A stretch of 64,000 nucleotides of DNA from an uncultured Hyphomicrobiales bacterium (GCA_964388115.1 CAYLYK010000006.1:10001-74000), one strand, 5' to 3'. Positions 36,745-49,709 are shown, counted from the stretch's first letter. A program made the numbers and translations. The notes: generated by a model not told the origin, from the letters alone.

Positions 36745-38204
36745 TTGGCGGCCATGTCGACGTCGTCGGGTTCGACGCGCACGACCGAACAATCGAGAAT
36801 ATTGCTCTGCGCCAGGCGACGGCAGCCAATGGCGGCCTGATCTTCGCCCAGGCCGAGGATGCGCGCGCGATAGAGCGTGCGGCCGTTGCGCTCGATCGGC
36901 GCGATCGATCCGTTGCCGCCCAGGTCGGGCAGGCTGAAGCGGGCCAGGGTTACGGCGCGGCGCGCGGCTTCGGCATCGGAATAGGCGCCGATCTGCATGG
37001 CGACCTGTGTCGGCTCGCCGCCTTGCGGCGTCTGCTTCGCACTGTTGCTGGCAACCGCGAAGGGATTGGGGGGCAGCTTGTTGCTGGCCATGCCCTGCTT
37101 GGCGGGCGTCAGTTCGTTGAAGCTGGGCGGCAGCATCGGAGCCGGGGCTGAGGTGGCGACGCGGGCGAGCGGCGTCAAGTTGCTGCCGGCGTTCGCCGGG
37201 CGGGCGCCGACGGTGACGACATTGCCATTGCCGGCAACCAGCGTGCCGCCGGTCATGCTGAAGCCCTTGTCCATCAGCTCGGCCATATGGTTGTCGCGTG
37301 ACTGGGCCGAGTCGCCGCCCATCACGACGCCGACCAGACGCCGCCCGTCGCGCTTGGCGACCAGGATCAGGTTGAATCCCGAAGCGTTGGTGTAGCCGGT
37401 CTTCAGGCCTTCGGCGCCGCCGTACCAGCCCAGCATGCGGTTGTGGTTGGTATGCACCCGGCCGGCGTAGGAGAATTCCTGCGTCGCGAACAGCGGGTAG
37501 TAGGTCGGAAAATCGCGGAGTACGGCCATGGCCATCACCGCCATGTCGTGGGCGCTGGTGATTTGCTGGTCGTTGGGCAAGCCCGAGGCGTTACGGAAGG
37601 TCGTCGCGCTCATGCCCAGCTGCCGGGCGCGCTGCGTCATGCGCTGGGCAAACACGTCCTCATCGCCGGCGATTGCTTCGGCCAGCACGACGGCAGCGTC
37701 ATTGGCCGATTTGGTGATCAGGCCGAGGACCAGGTCGCGCACGGGAACCGTGTCGCCTTCCTTGAGATCGAGCTTGGTCGGCGATTGCACGGAGGCCCAG
37801 CCGGAGACTGGCAAGCGTTGATCCATGCGCAAGCGGCCTTGCTCGATGGCTTCGAACGTCATGTAAAGCGTCATCACCTTGGTCAGCGAGGCGGGATGAC
37901 GGATCTCGTAGGCACTGGCGTCGTGCAGCACCTGACCGGTTTGAGCGTCGAGAATCATAGACGCGTAGCGTTCTGACTTGCGGGGAACGGTGGAAGAGGG
38001 CGCGCGCGCTGCTTCCTGGATCTTCTTTGTACGCGGGGCGACTTTGGCGACGGGTTTGCTGGCTGCCTGCTTGACCTTCGATTTCGATGTGGTCTGGGCG
38101 TGCGCCACCGGCGCGGCCGGCGCCGTCAAAGTCACGGCTAGGAGCGCCGCGACCACGACGCCAAACGAGCGCCGTCCCAGAAGACCGAACATCGACCGAA
38201 GCAT
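36741..38204 (-). CDS. D-alanyl-D-alanine carboxypeptidase (S11 PBP5-type) with C-terminal SPOR domain
   Basis: 487 aa with a signal peptide. Motifs ASLTK (SxxK), SAN and KTGYT. The C-terminal segment VAMQIGAYSDAEAARRAV...YRARILGL resembles a SPOR domain. Confidence 0.88.
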   Translation of the reverse strand: MLRSMFGLLGRRSFGVVVAALLAVTLTAPAAPVAHAQTTSKSKVKQAASKPVAKVAPRTKKIQEAARAPSSTVPRKSERYASMILDAQTGQVLHDASAYEIRHPASLTKVMTLYMTFEAIEQGRLRMDQRLPVSGWASVQSPTKLDLKEGDTVPVRDLVLGLITKSANDAAVVLAEAIAGDEDVFAQRMTQRARQLGMSATTFRNASGLPNDQQITSAHDMAVMAMAVLRDFPTYYPLFATQEFSYAGRVHTNHNRMLGWYGGAEGLKTGYTNASGFNLILVAKRDGRRLVGVVMGGDSAQSRDNHMAELMDKGFSMTGGTLVAGNGNVVTVGARPANAGSNLTPLARVATSAPAPMLPPSFNELTPAKQGMASNKLPPNPFAVASNSAKQTPQGGEPTQVAMQIGAYSDAEAARRAVTLARFSLPDLGGNGSIAPIERNGRTLYRARILGLGEDQAAIGCRRLAQSNILDCSVVRVEPDDVDMAAN

Positions 38205-38399
38205 TCCCCCGCAGCCGCTCCCTGGCTTGAAGCCGAATCATCGGCCAGAATCTTAAGGTTATCGTCGTTTCTTAATTTTATTGATAATCTTTAGCGGCGC
38301 AACCCCAAAAGCCGCTTGTCGAACGTTATTTTGCCAAGCCTGCCATGGCCGCGCCAGAATTGCGAGCCAAAGGGCTGCTTGAAACAAGGGATAGCACAA

Positions 38400-39074
38400 A
38401 TGCGTCGGATCGCTGCGGTAATCGCGGGTTGGAGTGTCGCCGTAGGGCTGGGGACTGTCGCATGGGCGCAGGGCGTCGACAGCCCGATAACGCGCAGCTT
38501 CTATTGGTTTCGCTTTGTGGCTGGGAAGGAGATCCGCGAGGCCTGCGGCAAAGGAGGCCCGGACCATTATCGGCTTGTCTATAACGCGATCTATCGCGAA
38601 CAAGTGCGCGCCTATGATCTGGTAGCGCAACCTGGTGGCGGCGCCGCCTTGACGACACGGGTGTTTGGCGAGGCTGGCGTCATCAACAACATCGTCATCA
38701 ATGACGTCGTAGACGTGCTGGGCCCGTGGCGCGGCGTGAAGACCGAGCGGGTTTTGTCGACATCGGAATTTTCCAGCCTCGTTGCCGCGATGGAAGCAAG
38801 CGGCGCGCTGCGTTTTCCCGACAAGCGCTTCGAGGTTCCGTCGAACGATTTCTATTGGGCGGTCTCGGCGTGCCGCGCCGGCAAGTTTACGGCCACGGCC
38901 TTCCATCATCCGACGGACGGTTTCCGCTCCGTCAGCTTCGACAGGCCGCTCTTTGCCCTCGACAATTCCGGGGTGACCGTCAACCAGCCTCGCAAGCTCG
39001 AGCCTTCGGCTTTCCGCGGCGATCAGAACCAGGTCTGGCGACTACGGATTACCTCTCAAGGCATTGAATATTAA
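38400..39074 (+). CDS. Hypothetical secreted protein
   Basis: 224 aa from ATG 38400. Signal peptide MRRIAAVIAGWSVAVGLGTVAWA/Q. I recognise no family motif. Confidence 0.6.
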   Translation: MRRIAAVIAGWSVAVGLGTVAWAQGVDSPITRSFYWFRFVAGKEIREACGKGGPDHYRLVYNAIYREQVRAYDLVAQPGGGAALTTRVFGEAGVINNIVINDVVDVLGPWRGVKTERVLSTSEFSSLVAAMEASGALRFPDKRFEVPSNDFYWAVSACRAGKFTATAFHHPTDGFRSVSFDRPLFALDNSGVTVNQPRKLEPSAFRGDQNQVWRLRITSQGIEY

Positions 39075-39087
39075 TTAAGATTACGGG

Positions 39088-39106
39088 AATGTTGCGATGC
39101 AACATT
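39088..39106. promoter_or_regulatory. Perfect palindrome AATGTTGC-GAT-GCAACATT (PhaR-like TGC-N3-GCA core, or a weak terminator)
   Basis: 8-nt inverted repeat with a 3-nt spacer immediately upstream of the phasin -35. The TTTCTCTT that follows would also fit a weak terminator for the upstream gene. Confidence 0.35.
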
Positions 39107-39111
39107 TTCTC

Positions 39112-39139
39112 TTGAATTGGTTGAAGAGTGCTCTATATT
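39112..39139 (+). promoter_or_regulatory. Candidate sigma70-type promoter of the phasin gene
   Basis: TTGAAT (39112-39117), 16-nt spacer, TATATT (39134-39139). It lies 77 nt upstream of ATG 39216. Confidence 0.45.
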
Positions 39140-39146
39140 TTGATCA

Positions 39147-39161
39147 TGCTGCAATGCAGCA
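39147..39161. promoter_or_regulatory. PhaR-type operator TGCTGC-AAT-GCAGCA (contains CTGC-N3-GCAG)
   Basis: Perfect 6-3-6 palindrome just downstream of the candidate -10. It matches the published PhaR site CTGC-N3-GCAG of alphaproteobacterial phasin promoters. Confidence 0.5.
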
Positions 39162-39215
39162 CAGATTTTCAGGGCCGCGTCTGAGTTGGGCCCTCATACT
39201 CTAGAGGAGCATGCC

Positions 39216-39743
39216 ATGTACGAGAGCAATTTTACGATGACCCCTGTGGTCGAAAACGCGATGGAGACCGGCAAGCAGCAGGTCGAGCAGTTCGTCAAAA
39301 CCGGCACGCAGGCCGCAACCAAGAGCTATGAGGGCTTGGTTTCCTTCACCAAGGAGAACGTCGATAAAGCCATGAAAATGGCCGACACGACCTTCAAGGG
39401 CTTCGACGAAGTGGCCGAACTGGGCAAGGAAAACATTGATGCCATCGTGAATTCCGGCACCACCTTGGCCAAGGGCGCCGAGAGCATGGCCAAGAGCTGG
39501 TTCGCCTTCGGCCAGAAGTCCTTGGAAGGTTCGCTGGGCGCCGCCAAGGAGGCGATGGCTTGCAAGAACTTCAAGGATTTCGTCGAACTGCAGACCAAGT
39601 TCGCTCGCGACCAGTTCGACTCACTGTTCGGCGAAGCCACCAAGCAGTCCGAACTCGGCGTCAAGGCGGCGCAGGAAGCTTTTGGCCCGATCTCCGAGCG
39701 TATCAACGTGGCGGTCGAGAAGGTTCTGAAGCAGAGCGCCTAA
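39216..39743 (+). CDS. phaP: Phasin (PHA granule-associated protein, phasin_2 type)
   Basis: 175 aa from ATG 39216 (GAGGAG SD). Ala/Lys/Glu-rich helical protein with FVELQTKFARDQFDSLF, typical of alphaproteobacterial phasins. Confidence 0.88.
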   Translation: MYESNFTMTPVVENAMETGKQQVEQFVKTGTQAATKSYEGLVSFTKENVDKAMKMADTTFKGFDEVAELGKENIDAIVNSGTTLAKGAESMAKSWFAFGQKSLEGSLGAAKEAMACKNFKDFVELQTKFARDQFDSLFGEATKQSELGVKAAQEAFGPISERINVAVEKVLKQSA

Positions 39744-39784
39744 GATAATAGCCCGAAAATCCCAGTGGTTTCCCACCGCTGGAA

Positions 39785-39819
39785 AGGCCTGACGAGCCGT
39801 TCGTCAGGCCTTTTTCTTT
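39785..39819 (+). terminator. Rho-independent terminator after the phasin gene
   Basis: AGGCCTGACGA-GCCG-TTCGTCAGGCCT stem followed by TTTTCTTT. Confidence 0.7.
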
Positions 39820-39861
39820 GCCCGCATTGAAGTTTGGCCTGCGCGGGAGCATCTTTATCGC

Positions 39862-40188
39862 ATGAGCGAAGGCGACCGTAAGAACAAGACCGACGGCCAG
39901 GTCGGGGTGGTGACCAAAACCCGCCCCAAAACCAAGAAGCCGTCAATGTACAAAGTCCTGATGCTGAACGACGACTACACGCCCATGGAGTTCGTCGTCC
40001 ACGTCCTGCAAGTCTATTTCAGCAAGAACAGGGAAGAGGCGACCCAGATCATGCTGCACGTGCATCAGCGCGGCGTCGGCGTCTGCGGCGTCTTTACCTA
40101 CGAAGTCGCTGAAACCAAAGTGGCGCAGGTGATGGAACACGCCCGCCGGCACCAGCACCCGCTGCAATGTACGTTGGAGAAAGAGTAG
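39862..40188 (+). CDS. clpS: ATP-dependent Clp protease adaptor ClpS
   Basis: 108 aa. The segment [25 protein letters not shown]...[27 protein letters not shown] is a canonical ClpS core. Confidence 0.95.
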   Translation: MSEGDRKNKTDGQVGVVTKTRPKTKKPSMYKVLMLNDDYTPMEFVVHVLQVYFSKNREEATQIMLHVHQRGVGVCGVFTYEVAETKVAQVMEHARRHQHPLQCTLEKE

Positions 40189-40215
40189 TAACCCAGTTGC
40201 CCAAGGAGAGCGCCG

Positions 40216-42525
<2,310 letters not shown>

Positions 42526-42534
42526 GATAGACCG

Positions 42535-42981
42535 TTGGACGAGGGCCTCGTTCCAATCGCCCGTTTCATCGATTGGAGCGAGGCCCACATCGCCTGCGGC
42601 TTCCTGAAGACCAACGGCATCGGCGCCGTCCTGCATGACACCAACCTCATCTCCATCGACTGGCCACTGGCCACTGCCTTGGGCGGCATCAAGCTGATGG
42701 TGCCGAAAACCGAATCGGGCGCGGCATTAGGCCTACTTCGGGAAGTCGGCGCCGGCGAGTTCGTCAATTCGGTCGAGATGCTGGAAAAGCCGGAGGCCGG
42801 CGAGGATTTCGCCATCGAACGCTGCCCGCAATGCAGCGGCGAGGATATTTTCCGGCCGCGCTCGTTCGTGGCCGCCCTCATCGGCTGGGCCATTGCCGCG
42901 CCAACCCCGCTTGCCACGCAGCAGCGGCATTGCCGTCGCTGCGGCCATGAGTGGAAAGCGCTGTCGGAAGGCGCCGCCTAG
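42535..42981 (+). CDS. DUF2007-like domain protein with C-terminal CxxC...CxxC zinc-ribbon
   Basis: 148 aa with a TTG start. The N-terminal segment LVPIARFIDWSEAHIACGFLKTNGIGAVLHD resembles DUF2007. C-terminal CPQCSG...CRRCGHEW. Confidence 0.62.
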   Translation: MDEGLVPIARFIDWSEAHIACGFLKTNGIGAVLHDTNLISIDWPLATALGGIKLMVPKTESGAALGLLREVGAGEFVNSVEMLEKPEAGEDFAIERCPQCSGEDIFRPRSFVAALIGWAIAAPTPLATQQRHCRRCGHEWKALSEGAA

Positions 42982-44165
42982 ATTTCGTTCGCTTTTCTGA
43001 ACGGCGACAGCGTCGCCAGATCGGCGATCTGGGCTTCGATGGCAGGCCGCTCGCGCTGCAGATAATCGTCTACCGCCCTGCGGAAGCCGGGATCGGCGAT
43101 CCAGTGCGCCGAATAGGTCGGCACCGGCAGATAGCCGCGCTGGATCTTGTGCTCGCCCTGCGCGCCGGCCTCGACCCGCTTCAGCCCATGGGCAATGGCG
43201 TAGTCGATGGCCTGGTAGTAGCAGGCCTCGAAATGCAGGAAGCGGTAATCCTCGACGCAGCCCCAGTTGCGGCCGAAGAGCGTGTCACGTCCTTTCAGAT
43301 TGAGGGCGCCAGCGACCAGCTCGCCGTCGGTTTTTTCCGCCATGACCAGCACGATCCTGTCGGCCATAGTGCGGCCGATCTGGTCGAAAAAGGCGCGGGT
43401 CAGGTAGGGCTGGCCCCATTTGCGCGAGCCGGTATCCATGTAGAAGGCGAAGAAGGCATCCCAATGCCGCTTCTCGATCTGATCGCCGCTGAGCGGGCGA
43501 ACGACCAGGCCGGAGTCGCGCACGGCTTCACGCTCCTTCCGGATAGCCTTGCGCTTGCGCGAATTCAGCGCCGCCAGGAAATCGTCGAACGAGCCGTAAT
43601 CTTCGTTATGCCAGTGATATTGCTGGCCCAGCCGGCGCAGGAAACCGTGCCGCGCCAGGCGCTGCCATTCCTCTTCGCGGCAGAACGTGACGTGACAGGA
43701 GGAAAACTTGTTACCGCGCGTGATTTCGACCAGCGCTTCGCACAGGGCGTCGGCGACCGCTCCGGCTGTCTCGCCAGGCCGGACCAGCAGGCGAGGGCCC
43801 GGCGCCGGGGTGAAGGGGACGGCCACCTGTAGCTTGGGATAGTAGCTGCCGCCGGCGCGCTCGTAGGCATCGGCCCAGCTATGGTCGAAGACGTATTCGC
43901 CGTAGGAGTTGGATTTGACGTAGAGCGGCGCGCAACCCAGCAGCCGGCCGTCCGTCGTTTCCGCCAGCAGATATTGCGGCAGCCAGCCGCTGCGCCTTCC
44001 GACCGATTTGCTGCGTTCCAGCGCGATCAGGAAGGCGTGCGAAACGAAAGGGTTGTCGTCGCCACCGTCCGGCATGGCGCAGGCATCCCAATCGGCCGGC
44101 GCTACCGCTTCCAGCGAATCGGCTATTCGGACGGCAAGTTCGAGCGTTCCGTCGGGCATGGTCAC
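42978..44165 (-). CDS. GNAT/FemAB-like family protein (DUF482)
   Basis: 395 aa. The N-terminal segment DWDACA...NPFVSHAFLIALERS...GWLPQYLL is typical of the DUF482 (PF04339) family. Confidence 0.82.
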   Translation of the reverse strand: MTMPDGTLELAVRIADSLEAVAPADWDACAMPDGGDDNPFVSHAFLIALERSKSVGRRSGWLPQYLLAETTDGRLLGCAPLYVKSNSYGEYVFDHSWADAYERAGGSYYPKLQVAVPFTPAPGPRLLVRPGETAGAVADALCEALVEITRGNKFSSCHVTFCREEEWQRLARHGFLRRLGQQYHWHNEDYGSFDDFLAALNSRKRKAIRKEREAVRDSGLVVRPLSGDQIEKRHWDAFFAFYMDTGSRKWGQPYLTRAFFDQIGRTMADRIVLVMAEKTDGELVAGALNLKGRDTLFGRNWGCVEDYRFLHFEACYYQAIDYAIAHGLKRVEAGAQGEHKIQRGYLPVPTYSAHWIADPGFRRAVDDYLQRERPAIEAQIADLATLSPFRKANEI

Positions 44166-44194
44166 AGTCTATTCGACGGAGACCTTCAGGGGGA

Positions 44195-44458
44195 TCATTT
44201 TGGCGTGGCGTGCCGCAGCTTGATCACGGCCAGGACCAGGGTCAGGCCCAGCGTTATGGCGTTGAACAGGATGATCGGCGGCTCTTCCAGCATGATGCCA
44301 TAGACCACCCACAGGGCGACGCCACAGGAAAAGAAGCACAGCATGATCCAGGACAGATCTTCGGTCGATCCCGTGCGCCAGGCTTTCAGGACCTGCGGCA
44401 GAAAGGCCAGCGTGGTGAGAAAGCCGGCGACATAGCCCAGCGCAGTGGCGTCGCTCAT
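44195..44458 (-). CDS. SemiSWEET (PQ-loop, 3-TM) transporter
   Basis: 87 aa with three TM helices. The PQ motif (LAFLPQVLKAWRTGSTEDLS) aligns well with Bradyrhizobium SemiSWEET. Confidence 0.85.
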   Translation of the reverse strand: MSDATALGYVAGFLTTLAFLPQVLKAWRTGSTEDLSWIMLCFFSCGVALWVVYGIMLEEPPIILFNAITLGLTLVLAVIKLRHATPK

Positions 44459-44958
44459 ATTTGGTCCATTAGGAAAATGCCGTCGATTTCGACGGAGGTT
44501 TGCATCGGTAGCACCGGCTTGCCCACGACACTGCGGCAGTGCCAGCCCTTGTCGCCGAGTGCGGCTGTTACCAGAGACGAAGCCGCATCGGCGATCGGCT
44601 CCATCTCGGCAAAGCCGTCATTGCAATTGAGGAAAATGCCTAGCCGCACACAGCGCGCCTTGTGCAGCGACGGAGCGCCGAATTTCGCCACGGTTGCCGC
44701 CGCGGCTTGTGCAAGCACATTCAATGTGACCAGCCGGGCGCTTGCGATTGCGTCGTCTAGCGCCATGTCGGCGCCGATCCGCCCGACATGCTCCAGCCGC
44801 CCGTCACGGAACGGCCCCTGGCCCGCGATATGGACCAACGTTCCGGCACCGGTTTGGGTTTGGACGAACGGCACGTAGCTTGCCACCGCCGGCATCGCGG
44901 GCGGCAGCTCGTGCCCCGCCGCGCGAAGCCGGTCGACGATGGTTTGATGCGTCGTCAT
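44455..44958 (-). CDS. RidA/YjgF family protein
   Basis: 167 aa with a YjgF-like pattern (YVPFVQTQTGAGTLVHIAGQGP...PMQTSVEIDGIF). The stop overlaps the SemiSWEET start. Confidence 0.83.
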   Translation of the reverse strand: MTTHQTIVDRLRAAGHELPPAMPAVASYVPFVQTQTGAGTLVHIAGQGPFRDGRLEHVGRIGADMALDDAIASARLVTLNVLAQAAAATVAKFGAPSLHKARCVRLGIFLNCNDGFAEMEPIADAASSLVTAALGDKGWHCRSVVGKPVLPMQTSVEIDGIFLMDQI

Positions 44959-44972
44959 GGCGAAATCGCCGG

Positions 44973-45440
44973 TCAGGCGACCTCGAACACCGCGTCAACC
45001 TCGACCGCCACGTTGAAGGGCAGGGCGTTGGTGCCGACGGCGAAGCGGGCATGGCGGCCGGCATCGCCGAAGACCGCGACGAACAGGTCGGATGCGCCGT
45101 TGATTACCTTGGGCTGATCGCCGAAGCCCGATTCGCAATTCACAAAGCCGCCGACCTTGACGCAGCGGCGGACGCGATCGAGATCGCCGCCGAGGGCAAG
45201 CTTGAGCTGGGCGATGATGTTGAGGGCGCAGAGGCGAGCGGCCTGCTGGCCCTGCTCGATTGTAAGTTCGACGCCCACCTTACCGAGATATTTGAGTTCC
45301 CCCTGCAGCACCGGGACCTGACCCGACACGAAGGCGAGATTGCCGGCAATCACTACGGGTACGTAGTTGGCGGCCGGCACACTGGCCGCTGGCAGGGCAA
45401 TTTTTAGCTCGGTAAGGCGAGCGTCGATACGACCGGTCAT
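44973..45440 (-). CDS. RidA/YjgF family protein
   Basis: 155 aa (YVPVVIAGNLAFVSGQVP...ARFAVGTNALPFNVAVEVDAVFEV). Paralogue of the gene downstream. Confidence 0.87.
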   Translation of the reverse strand: MTGRIDARLTELKIALPAASVPAANYVPVVIAGNLAFVSGQVPVLQGELKYLGKVGVELTIEQGQQAARLCALNIIAQLKLALGGDLDRVRRCVKVGGFVNCESGFGDQPKVINGASDLFVAVFGDAGRHARFAVGTNALPFNVAVEVDAVFEVA

Positions 45441-45444
45441 AAGT

Positions 45445-45483
45445 CTGTGCCTCCCACAGTACGAGACGATGTGGGAGGCACAG
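45445..45483 (-). promoter_or_regulatory. 14-bp perfect hairpin sequestering the SD of the RidA gene
   Basis: Minus-strand RNA reads CUGUGCCUCCCACA-(11 nt)-UGUGGGAGGCACAG, then ACUU and the AUG. The 3' arm contains the only SD (GGGAGG) and the 5' arm the anti-SD CCUCCC. Confidence 0.5.
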
Positions 45484-45500
45484 TCTGACAGGTTTTACGC

Positions 45501-45524
45501 GGGAGCAAGAATTAACTTGCCCCC
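45501..45524 (-). other. 9-bp hairpin, strand-specific (G-U wobble only on the minus-strand RNA)
   Basis: Minus-strand RNA reads GGGGGCAAG-UUAAUU-CUUGCUCCC. The equivalent plus-strand fold would have an A-C mismatch. It begins 7 nt after the small-ORF stop. Confidence 0.4.
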
Positions 45525-45530
45525 AGCGGA

Positions 45531-45599
45531 TTACATCTTCTTCTTCTTAGCGGCCTTCTTGGTGGCTTTCTTCTTAGCCGCCTTTTTCTTAGCTGCCAT
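45531..45599 (-). CDS. Unannotated 22-codon Lys/Ala-rich small ORF (MAAKKKAAKKKATKKAAKKKKM)
   Basis: ATG at 45599-45597, preceded by GAGAGGAGAGAGATC (AGGAG SD, about 8-nt spacing). Stop TAA at 45533-45531. Below the 60-aa cutoff of the ORF track. No homology evidence is available to me. Confidence 0.45.
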   Translation of the reverse strand: MAAKKKAAKKKATKKAAKKKKM

Positions 45600-45683
45600 G
45601 ATCTCTCTCCTCTCAAGTGACGTTGTAGGACCGGTCCGCTCCGATCCCGGGTTTGGGAACAAAGGTAATCACCTCTACGCTTA

Positions 45684-49379
<3,696 letters not shown>

Positions 49380-49476
49380 TCACTTCCCCCGAGCTGTGGT
49401 GTGGGCTGCGCTATTTCCAATCAACATCAAGTAGGAATTTTTCAGCGCACACATCTAGCTATAAGGCGATACTAAA

Positions 49477-49492
49477 TCACAAAATCTTGTGC
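49477..49492. promoter_or_regulatory. NrdR-box-like palindrome tCACAAAATCTTGTGc
   Basis: 14-bp palindrome about 100 bp upstream of the nrdJ ATG. It matches 13 of 16 positions of the NrdR consensus as I recall it (acaCwAtATaTwGtgt). Partner half-sites are poor. Confidence 0.3.
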
Positions 49493-49709
49493 GCGCAACA
49501 ATATTTTGAGTTATGGGGTGTGGAAGATACTAGATTGTGTCCCGGTCGACACGGTAGAGGAACGGCATCGCGCACTCTTCAACTCCTTCGAACGAGTGCG
49601 CGAGAGCGATGGAGAGAGTGATGCGACGGCGTGATCGATTGTGTCGAAGGAAGAGCGGGGCTATACCGCAGGCGACACCGCAACAGCGCGTTCAACACGA
49701 GTACGACGC

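Noticed and set aside
45531-45600. Periodic AAG/GCC-rich stretch considered as a tandem repeat or microsatellite
   Set aside because: The periodicity is in codon phase with an ATG...TAA frame behind a strong SD. There is no exact repeat unit. It is better explained as a coding Lys/Ala-rich ORF.
49380-49709. Possible cobalamin riboswitch in the long nrdJ leader
   Set aside because: NrdJ uses B12 and would not be expected to be repressed by it. I found no B12-box-like element or the conserved multi-stem core on the minus strand. An Rfam scan would settle it.
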